Below the pieces are notes generated by a model. It saw nothing but the letters and a program-made list of their open reading frames with translations, had not been told where the DNA came from and ran no database searches. From NCBI GenBank assembly GCA_017499595.2, contig CM039002.1:1860001-1924000 (forward strand): a stretch of DNA of 64,000 nucleotides, in the 5' to 3' direction. The translations under genes and the position numbers were made by a program. Positions 1-9,842 of the stretch are shown in pieces. How positions within the stretch are numbered: the first letter of the stretch is position 1; each line of letters opens with the position of its first letter. This DNA comes from Psilocybe cubensis. Taxonomy: Eukaryota.

Positions 1-25
1 CAAACCAATGAGAACAAGCAGCGTT

Positions 26-344
26 TGTTGAACAACTATTATTAATAAAGATCACGTTTGACCGTGTGACTCTCAGAGTCATATGATAAGCCATGTGAGT
101 AGATTATTAAGTAGATAGATGACTAAGTACTATACAGTAGTTACTGTTACTAGTAACATGTAACACACTCTAGGTGTATATAAGGACAACGCTAGTGCCC
201 TCTAATAACAAGCGGTTTTCACAACTCACTCGAGTAGCTACAACTCAAGTAATACGACCCAAAAGGTAAGTATTAAGTCAAGTCCTTAGCCACTGCGTAC
301 ATAGACTGTGTAGAGTAGTCTTGGGCACATCTTGCTGCTCAACA
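26..344 (+). mobile_element. Solo LTR (319 bp)
   Basis: Termini TGTTGAACAAC...GCTGCTCAACA form an imperfect inverted repeat. Flanks GCGTT (21-25) and GCTTT (345-349) are a 5-bp TSD with one mismatch. Internal TATATAAG at ~177 and AG|GTAAGT donor at ~265. Removing it rejoins the hairpin-array unit ACAAGCAGC...AAAGCTGC. Confidence 0.7.
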
Positions 345-3300
345 GCTTTAAAGCTGCACTAGTAGCTGCCACCTATTTCATTATATTATAGGTAACTGCC
401 TGCAAGGTGATATGTAATTTTGCTTAGAACTTTTAATGATGTATTTCATAGAATGTCCAAGGCATTTTATTCTCTGTATAGAGGTGTATTTCATTGCACA
501 TTAACATGTATTTTATTTGATTCTTGTATGGATTTTATAGAATATTTCATTGCATATAGAATATGTTTTCATTCTAATTTTATTCTACTTTCTGATCATT
601 TTATTACATTTTTCATTTGATTTTATTACTTGTTGGCTTGATTTCAATTCAATTAAAGGCTATTCCATTCTACTGTTCTCAACAATTTTATTGTGATTTC
701 ATTTCTATCTTAAAGTATTTTATTAGCTGTAGGGAATGATTTTATTATAATTTTATATCTAATCTTATGATTATTTAGACTTGATAATCCTATACTAGAT
801 TGATTAGTGCATGCTATTTTTGGCCCAGGAACTCGGACTAAATATATTAGAATTAGGGCTAATAGCCATTACATCAGAGCCCTATTCCTGCCCCTTCCCT
901 TAGCTGCTGGCTCTATAAATAACACTCATCCTATGCTACTTTTGTGCATTGCTGGCAATAGATTGGGCACTTTTGGGGGCATTTCTGGACCGTTTCCCTT
1001 GGTTTTTTTAGTAGTCCTATAGTTTTAAAGTGTCCTAATCCAAATCTGAAATCAGAATTGCAATATTTTTACTCATTATTGTGCAATTAAGCATACAATA
1101 TTTTTGTCAAAAAGCGCACCTTTAATAGCACCCTCCAGAGGTTAGTATGCATTATTTTGACTATGCCATTATTTTTTATTTATGTTAGACGGAGTACATG
1201 CCAAGTTTCAGCTTAATTGGAGCAGTGGAACCTATTCAATTAGAATATATATCCTACCCCTCCTTCTACCCCTTGTATGAATGGCTTCCTGATTAGATAA
1301 ATTTAGATCCAGCTAGGGCTGAGTAGGTGCCTATTATACTAATTTTTAGAGCCCTTAATCTTGCTCAAATTCCAAGATTAAAGGATACCATCCCTTATCC
1401 ACCCCAGATCTTGTATATTTTATTGTGGCCCAGATTAATCATTTCTAGCACATATAGGTATATAAATCTGCTCTAAACCATGGCATATACACATTAAATA
1501 TCTTTGAAATAATCTACATAAAGGGGAACACCTTGGTTATGAGGCTAATAAGAAGGTATTAGATATGCAACATAATATGACCATATCACCGCTTATACTT
1601 TACCAAAATGCACATACCTTACATTCACAGATAGCTATCAAGGTCCTCTACATATTATATTAATGCTGCTAAATGGCTAGAACGCTTAACAAGATAGTAC
1701 AAAAAGAATAAGCAATATTGTCCAAAAATAACAAAAAAGCAAGATATAATGAGCAAAAAAACATCTAAAAAATAATAAAACAGTATATCTGTGTAGCCCC
1801 AAATGACACCTATCTGTGGTATATGGAATCATAGAAATCCAATGAGTCTGAGCTGAGATATGTCAAAATGTATCTTGGAAAAAGGCCAAAGAGGTGACCA
1901 CAAACAAAGCATAAATAAAGGCCAATATCCATCCAGGTCTTTAATGGGTTCTTTAACACCTTTCTTTCCATATCTCAGCAACCACTGGTCCAATGCACAG
2001 CATTCTTGATGCTCTGGAAAGCTACATTTTGTGGCTATACTATCCTGCTTTTATATTTCCTGATCTTGAATATTTATATATGGTAAATGCGAAAATACTG
2101 TGCATTTTGATAAAGAATGGTATTCTCTCTGCAGTATTTCATCTAATGGATGGATCTTTTTAAGCACTGAGAATAATATTTAGGAGGTATCTATAGGTAT
2201 CTGTAAATGTCAAGAATATGATTTATGACAAAGTATTTGTAGAAATATGGCCTGATCAATAATCTACCATACCTCTCCCCATACCCTCTCTTAAATCAGT
2301 ATGTTTCCTTGTTGCAGAGGAAATTCAAGAGTAAATTTTGGACTCTATGTACTATTAGTAGTAGATTTACATGTTTTTAATGATATGAAAGCCCATCCTA
2401 TGGCATAAAAAATACACAAGTTCTAGAGGGAATGGGGATGGTACTCCTCAATCTTAGAATTTAAGCAGGATTAAGGGCTCTAAAAATTAGTATAATAGGC
2501 GCCTACTCAGCCCTAGCTGGGCCTAAATTTATCTAATCAGGAAGCCATTCATACAAGGGGTAGAAAGAGGGATAGGATGCATATTCTAATTGAATAGGTT
2601 CCACTGCTCCAATTAAGCTGAAACTTGGCATGTACTCCGTCTAACATAAATAAAAAATAATGGCATAGTCAAAATGATGCATACTAACCCCTGGAGGGTG
2701 CTATTAAAGGTGCGCTTTTTGACAAAAATATTGTATGCTTAATTGCACAATAATGAGTAAAAATATTGCAATTCTGATTTCAGATTTGGATTAGGACACT
2801 TTAAAACTATAGGACTACTAAAAAAACCAAGGGAAACGGTCCAGAAATGCCCCCAAAAGTGCCCAATCTATTGCCAGCAATGCACAAAAGTAGCATAGGA
2901 TGAGTGTTATTTATAGAGCCAGCAGCTAAGGGAAGGGGCAGGAATAGGGCTCTGATGTAATGGCTATTAGCCCTAATTCTAATATATTTAGTTCGAGTTC
3001 CTGGGCCAAAAATAGCATGCACTAATCAATCTAGTATAGGATTATCAAGTCTAAATAATCATAAGATTAGATATAAAATTATAATAAAATCACTCCCTAC
3101 AGCTAATAAAATACTTTAAGATAGAAATGAAATCACAATGAAATTGTTGAGAACAGTAGAATGGAATAGCCTTTAATTGAATTGAAATCAAGCCAACAAG
3201 TAATAAAATCAAATGAAAAATGTAATGAAATGTTCAGAAAGTAGAATAAAATTAGAATGAAAGCATATTCTATATGCAATGAAATATTCTATAAAATCCA

Positions 3301-3437
3301 TACATGAATCAAATAGAACATATGTTAATGTGCAATGAAATACACCTCTATACAGAGAATAAAATGCCTTGGACATTCTATGAAATACATCATTAAAAGT
3401 TCTAGGCAAAATTGCATATCACCTTGCAGGTAGTTAC

Positions 3438-3883
3438 TGTCAGGGCAACACTATAATTAGTATGACAAGGCCACCAACAAAGATCAAGCAAGAGAGAGAG
3501 AGAGCAGAAGAAGAGTAAGAGAGTAGAGAGAAAACAAGAGAGTGAGTGAGACTCAATAATTCTAAGAGATCAGACCAATGATAGTGGATATCCTAAGAGA
3601 TTGAAGCTGAAGCTACAGCTACCTACAAGTCCAGTATTTATACTCTATAGCTATTCTAGAATATTCCCTACATTACATCATAAAGGAAGGTTAAAGAATA
3701 AAAGTGACATCATATAGAAAAAGGATGAGTAAGACTAGGAATCATATAGAATTTACTAGAAAGAAGTGGAGCAAGAAGGCTGTGATGAAAGAAATAAACT
3801 ATCTAATCAGATAATTGATAAGATAATGAAAGGATAAGATAATTCTGTGAAGATAAAGAGGGGAAACTGGAGAAACCCTGACA
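3438..3883 (-). repeat. Gypsy 3' LTR
   Basis: Direct repeat of 9359-9804, TG...CA termini, adjacent to the PPT. Confidence 0.96.
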
Positions 3884-6800
3884 TCACCCCCTCTCTAAGG
3901 CACATTTTTCACAATGTGCACATGGATGGGTTAGTTTAGAGGGTTTAAGAAGAGGAAGAGGTTCATTAAAGTTAATAATAGGAGTGAAAGAAAGTCTATC
4001 AAAGGTCATAGCAGAAATCCTTCTAGGTGCTAAAGGATGTTTGGCATGGAAGTCCTTGATAGCCTTAGAAGCATTTTTCAAATGCTTTGCAGGCTCCCAA
4101 GTGCATTCTTCATTAGGATAGTTCTTCCACTTGACCAAATATTGAAGTTTGTTTCTAAAAAGTCTGCTGTCCTTGATAAATTCAACTTCCCACTCAGGAT
4201 TTTCTCCTTGAATGACAGGAGGTGGTCTAGAAGGAGGCTTTCTTCCTACAATATCTGGGTGATAAGGTAGAAGTTTAACCACATTGAACACTGGATGGAT
4301 TTTCATGGTAGATGGCAGCTTAAGCTCATAGGCATTAGGGCTAATAACTTTGGTAATTTTGTAAGGCCCATATCTTTTATCATCCAATTTCTTGGAGGGC
4401 CTATCAGTTTTGAGGTCCTTGCCATCCAACCATACCAAATCCCCAACTTTGTACTGAGTTGGAGTACCTCTGTGTCTATTATAGAATTTAGCCATATCAT
4501 CAGCAGCTTTTCTAAGTGCAGACTCTGCTTCTTTCCTGGCTTCTTCCATATTTTTCACAAAGGTATCCACAGTGTCCATTTTACTATCTCTAAGGGGTTC
4601 AGTGCCCATTCTGGGATGTCTGCCATTATTAAGCATGAATGGTGTCTGCCTGGTTGAAGCCTGAACTCTGTTGTTATAAGAGAATTCAGCTAGAGCTAAC
4701 CATTCAACCCAATCATCTTGTCTATGGTTTATAAAGAGTCTAAGATACTGCTCAATTTCTTGGTTAATTCTTTCAGTCTGACCATCAGTTTGGGGATGGT
4801 AGGCTGTAGATGAGGCTGTCTGGATACTAAGTATTGAGTTGAGTTCTTTCATAAACCTTGAGACAAACTGTGGACCTCTATCACACAGAATTTTAATGGG
4901 TAAGCCATGGTGTTTCCAGACATAATCTCTGTATAGTCTGGCTGTCCCTTCAGAAGTGACTTCATCTGTAGTAGGGATAATGTGGATCATTTTACTAAGT
5001 CTATCCACAACCACCATAATGGCATTATACCCTTGACATTCTGGTAACCCCATAATAAAGTCCACAGAGATGCATTGCCAGACATCAGAGGGAATCTCAG
5101 TAGGAATTAAAAGGCCAAGAGGTTTGGCTGGAAATGTTTTGGTTCTGTTGCATCTATCACAACCTCTGGTATAGGCTGCAATAAAATGTGACATTCCTGG
5201 CCACCAATAATTCCTAGAGACTAGCTCAATTGTCTTCCATTTCCCTGGATGTCCAGCAATGAAGGCATCATGGTGCAGTTCCACAATCTTTCTTCTAAGA
5301 TCTTTGTCCTTGAGAACATACACCTTCCCCCTGTAGAGAATAAGGCCTTGTTCTTCTGACCATTCCTGTCCTTCAATCTTCTTGGTAGAAGATTTCTTGA
5401 GCTCCTGAACTGCCTTGACCACCTTTTCATCCATCTCCTTAGCTTCTCTAATCTTTTTAAGAAGATCATTTTCTGCACCAGTAATGGTAGCATGACCCTG
5501 CTTGAGAGCCTGGATTTTAAAGTAGGAAGGTTTGAGGAGAACTACATTTTGATTATCATTCTCTCCCTTTTTATGATCTGGTCTCCTAGACAAAGCATCT
5601 GGCTTAAGAGATCTTTTACCAGGCCTATGATGAAGAGTAAAATCAAATCTGGACAGGAAAAGTGACCATCTGGCTTGCCTTCTGCTGAGCTTTTGGGCAA
5701 CCATAAAGTACTCTAAGTTTTTGTGGTCTGTCCAAATCTCAAAGGAATGTTGGGTTCCTTCAAGATAATGTCTCCATTCATCTAGTGCTCTGATAATAGC
5801 CAGCATCTCTTTATCATGGATCTCATAATTCCTTTCTACTTCAGATAGACTCTTAGACATAAAGGCTACAGGATGCCATTTCCCATCTGATCCTTCCTGA
5901 GATAAAACAGCCCCAGTAGCATAATCTGAACTGTCTGCTTCAACTTTATATGGCTTGTTATCATCAGGGAAAATCAAGACAGGTGAAGAAGTGACTTTCT
6001 TCTTTAACTGGTCAAAGGCTTCCTGCTGTCTAAGACTCCATCTCCAGACTGTTCCTTTCTTTGTCAATTCATGAAGGGGCTTAGCAATGTCTGCAAAATC
6101 CTCTATGAACCTTCTATAAAAATTAACAAATCCCAAAAATGATTGGACATCCTTGATATTTTTAGGTTCAGGCCATTTAGAAACTCCCTCTACCTTGACA
6201 GGATCCATCTCAATCCTGCCTTGTGAAATGATTAGTCCAAGATATTCAATCTTTTCCTTTTCAAATTCACATTTCTCTGCTTTAAGGTAGAGTTTGTTCT
6301 GTTCTAAGATTTGCAGAACTTGCTTGACTACCTCTCTATGATGATCAAGAGTCTCAGTGAAAATTAAAATGTCATCCATGTAGACAATGACAAGATTTCC
6401 ATCAATGAGCTCAATAAAGATATCATTCATCATAGTTTGGAAGGTAGCAGGACTATTGGTTAAACCAAAGAACATGACCAATGGTTCAAACAGCCCTCTA
6501 TTGGTTCTAAAGGCTGCTTTTCATTCATCTCCCTTTTTGATTCTGACATTGTTAAATCCCCACCTAACATCAAGTTTGGTAAAGTATTTGGCTTTGCTGA
6601 GTTTGGTGATGATGTCAGAAATCAATGGAAGGGGGTAGGAGTTCTTGATGGTCATTTCATTCAGTTTCCTATAGTCCTGGACAAGCCTAAGAGATCCATC
6701 CTTCTTCTTGACAAAGAATACAGGGGAGGCTATAGGTGACTTGGAGGGTCTAATCCTGCCAGACTTCAGATTTTCCTCTAAAAAGGCATCAAGTTCCTTT

Positions 6801-7764
6801 TGTTCATTGGGAGAAAGAGGATAAATCTTGGATCTGTAAGGTTCAGAACCAGGTTTCAGCTCAATAGCATGATCCCAAGGCTTTCTGTCTGGTAGCCTAT
6901 CAAAAGATTCCTTTGAAAAAACACCTTTAAACTGATGATAGTGCTTAGGAACAGTTTCTTCAAAGGTTTTCTTAGGGGAATCAGCTTGCTGATGAGACTC
7001 TTCTGCTAATCTTTGAGACATAGTAGAAGTAGCATTAATAGACTGCTTCTGAGGATGAAGGTATGAGATAAAAATTCTATCCTCAGGCTCAATCTCAGAA
7101 TCAGAAGAATCTTCAATAGAATCATCTTCTTCTTCATCAAATTGAGGGAGTTTCCTCCTTTTGACTGCAGCTATTCTCTGTCTCTTTCTTCTGGCTCTTT
7201 TGGCTTCCATTTGGCAGTCAGAGGGACATCTAATAAACTGGACATCCCCTGTCTTCCAATCAACATCTGGATTATGGTGCCAAAGCCAAGTATGTCCAAT
7301 GATAGCAGATTTGTCTCCCAAGTCACAAACAGCAAAGATGGCCCTTTCTGTATGGTTTTTGTGTACCATAATTAAGTCTACTTCCTCATGGATAGAGCCA
7401 CTCTTGTTGAGAGTACCATCAACATTATAGACTGGAATGGCTCTAGGAAGTTTCCTTGTGTTGAGATTATGATACTTCACAAAACCAGAATGCAGAAAGA
7501 GGCCAGTAGCTCCAGAATCAAGCAAAGCATCAACAGATAACCTTTTCTCTGTGTCCATTGTCTTTAAGATGACAGACAAATGGGTAGAGGTTTTAGGATT
7601 ATGGTTGAAGATGTAGATCTTTTCAGGGAAGGTAGAAAGAGAGGAAGAAGAAGACATGATTTCTGCACCAGAATCTGAAGACTGAGGATCAAGTCTGTCA
7701 ATTTCATTTTCTAGTACATTAAATCTATTCCACTGGGACATGTCTTTCACCAATGGTGCTTCTA
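3884..7764 (-). pseudogene. pol: Gypsy pol (protease, RT, RNase H, integrase, chromodomain) with one premature stop
   Basis: Protease ALLDSGAT; RT LRLVQDYRKLN and VYMDDILI; RNase H EADSSDYATGAVL and WTDHKNL; integrase HHCC and HPQTDGQTER; GPY; chromodomain WEVEFI...YLVKWKNY...TWEP. ORFs 6521..7753 and 3884..6481 share a frame and are separated only by TGA at 6521-6523, where the conserved W of DEWKAAF is expected. Confidence 0.95.
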
Positions 7765-8865
7765 AAAATTTTTCTTTTCCTCATCTTTCTGCTCCTTGCC
7801 TTCCAAGATTAATTTCCCAAAGTAGTCAGCCAGTTCTTCATGGGTCATAGCATTGATATTAACTGATGATCTGCAGTTTACAGCCTTATGACCAGGCTTT
7901 CTGCACTTAAAGCAAACAATTGGCCTAACTGACTTCCATCCAGAGTCAACCTCCATGGGAACTACATCTGGTTGCTTTACCTGAGCACCAAAGGTCCTTG
8001 AGCTGCTGTTGGAAAAGACTGGATGATTTGGAGTAGGCTTAGGAACAGCCTTGGGAGTTGGGGCTTTAAGGAAGGGAGAAGAAGAGGAGGAGGAAAGAGA
8101 CTTGGTAAAGGCCTCACTCTGTCTCCACTGCCTATCTAGCCTAGTACTCCATTTAATCCATCCATCCAAGGTTTTGGGCATGTCAGGAACATAGTAGACT
8201 GCATTCCTGAGATTTTCATTGAGCCCAGCCTTGAATTGGTCTACCAAAGCAGCATCATTATACCTAGTATCTGAGATCAGAGCCCTGAAGCTAGCAACAT
8301 ACTCATCAGCAGTCTGTCTGCCTTGCTTGAGCATGTGCATTTTATGCTTAGCTGTGTTGGAGGGGTCTGGATCTGCAAACACTTCCCTAAATTCATAAAC
8401 AAAGTCAGCCCAAAGACCTTCTTGGGACTGAGCATTGTCTATTACTTTAGTCTTCTCATATGCCCACTTCCCAGCAGTACCTCCTTTCATATGAGATAGA
8501 GCACAAATAACTTTCTGAAAGTCATCTGTAATCCCTTTCCCATAGAAATATAATTTAAGCTGACTGAGGAAGTTTTCTGCCTTCTCCATAGAACTATCAA
8601 ATGGATCTGGAGGTGAGACTTTAATGGCAGAGTGTGAACAGGAAGGGGCAACATGAGGGGTAGGGAAAGAGTGAATATCTAGAGCAGCAGGTGGTGGTGG
8701 TGGTGGTGATGATGGTGACTGACTGACTGGTTGCTGAGGGTGTGGTGGAGTGGATAATGACTGCTGCTGCTGTCTAAGAAAATTCAACTCTTGGGTAAGG
8801 AGCTGGACCTGATGCATGAGCTCTTCCACAGAAGGAGAGATGGGAGGCAATTGGGAGGGGTCCAT
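7762..8865 (-). CDS. gag: Gypsy gag (capsid plus CCHC zinc knuckle), 367 aa
   Basis: LKQGRQTADEYVASF and FKAGLN capsid motifs, VVPMEVD, CFKCRKPGHKAVNC knuckle. Ends at slippery A-AAT-TTT-TAG. Confidence 0.93.
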   Translation of the reverse strand: MDPSQLPPISPSVEELMHQVQLLTQELNFLRQQQQSLSTPPHPQQPVSQSPSSPPPPPPAALDIHSFPTPHVAPSCSHSAIKVSPPDPFDSSMEKAENFLSQLKLYFYGKGITDDFQKVICALSHMKGGTAGKWAYEKTKVIDNAQSQEGLWADFVYEFREVFADPDPSNTAKHKMHMLKQGRQTADEYVASFRALISDTRYNDAALVDQFKAGLNENLRNAVYYVPDMPKTLDGWIKWSTRLDRQWRQSEAFTKSLSSSSSSPFLKAPTPKAVPKPTPNHPVFSNSSSRTFGAQVKQPDVVPMEVDSGWKSVRPIVCFKCRKPGHKAVNCRSSVNINAMTHEELADYFGKLILEGKEQKDEEKKNF

Positions 8866-9345
8866 GTCTATGGGTAGGGGTAGGCTCTCTGATGTGTGTG
8901 TGGGAGAAGCTATCTACTGAAAGTGCCCTTGAAACTATACTAAGTACTCTAAAAAAATATCTATCTACTGGATACCCAGTTGTCACACCACTCAGGGCTC
9001 TAAACCTAGGATCACAGGGTTACTGGATATTTCCTAGACCACCAAAAACAGAACACTAGTAGGACTGTGTCTGCCCCAACAGTTGGTATCCCTATCTACT
9101 AAGTTCACACACAGCACACAACAGAGAGTAGGAAAGACGATGAGCCCAAGGTCTTGAGGAAAGGTCTTGAGAAAGATGTTGAAGGTTAGTGGAGAAGTAG
9201 AGGTTGGTAAAGAGATTGGTGAAGAGGTTGGTGAAGGGGTTGGTAGATTGGAAGTGGAGGAAGAAGGTTGAGGTAATGGTGTTGAAGAGGTTGAAGAGGT
9301 GAAGAGTTTGGTGTTGAAAGAGAGATGGTGGAGTTGTCTTGAGAG

Positions 9346-9356
9346 AGCTTCAATCT
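9346..9356 (-). promoter_or_regulatory. Self-priming primer binding site (Tf1-type)
   Basis: AGATTGAAGCT lies 2 nt inside the 5' LTR and is complementary to AGCTTCAATCT (9529-9519) in the LTR, ~30 nt downstream of TATAAATA (9563-9556). Confidence 0.8.
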
Positions 9357-9358
9357 TC

Positions 9359-9804
9359 TGTCAGGGCAACACTATAATTAGTGTGACAAGGCCACCAACA
9401 AAGATCAAGCAAGAGAGAGAGAGAGCAGAGGAAGAGTAAGAGAGTAGAGAGAAAACAAGAGAGTGAGAGAGACTCAATGATTCTAAGAGATCACACCAAT
9501 GATAGTGGATATCCTAAGAGATTGAAGCTGAAGCTACAGCTACCTACAAGTCCAGTATTTATACTCTACAGCTATTCTAGAATATTCCCTACATTACATC
9601 ATAAAGGAAGGTTAAAGAATAAAAGTGACATCATATAGAAAAAGGATGAGTAAGACTAGGAATCATATAGAATTTACTAGAAAGAAGTGGAGCAAGAAGG
9701 CTGTGATGAAAGAAATAAACTATCTAATCAGATAATTGATAAGATAATGAAAGGATAAGATAATTCTGTGAAGATAAAGAGGGGAAACTGGAGAAACCCT
9801 GACA
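9359..9804 (-). repeat. Gypsy 5' LTR
   Basis: Direct repeat of 3438-3883, contains TATAAATA. Confidence 0.96.
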
Positions 9805-9842
9805 GTTACCTTGTGAAAATGAAATAAGTAGAAGCTACCAGT

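Larger units (their letters stand above)
3438..9804 (-). mobile_element. Full-length Ty3/Gypsy chromovirus LTR retrotransposon
   Basis: 446-bp LTRs at 3438-3883 and 9359-9804 with TGTCAGGG...CCCTGACA ends and ~6 differences. Perfect TSD GTTAC (3433-3437, 9805-9809). PPT AGAGAGGGGGTGA at 3884-3896. gag and pol lie inside. Confidence 0.97.
358..9842. mobile_element. Non-coding foldback (long-TIR) element, ~3.1 kb without the Gypsy insertion in its right arm
   Basis: 391-~1400 is the near-identical reverse complement of ~2430-3437 (mirror ORFs 420..620/3209..3409 and 807..1022/2807..3022). Weaker symmetry continues inward to ~1915 and outward (358-390 vs 9810-9842). Possible degraded 9-bp TSD TAAAGCTGC (349-357) / CAAAGCTAT (9843-9851). 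The outer boundary is less certain than the palindrome itself. Confidence 0.75.

Noticed and set aside
420-3409. Mirror-image ORF pairs of 66 and 71 aa
   Set aside because: By-products of the palindrome: non-ATG starts, AT-rich, no domain features
6521-6523. Programmed stop-codon readthrough in Gypsy pol
   Set aside because: The TGA replaces a conserved Trp inside RT; a point mutation is the simpler explanation
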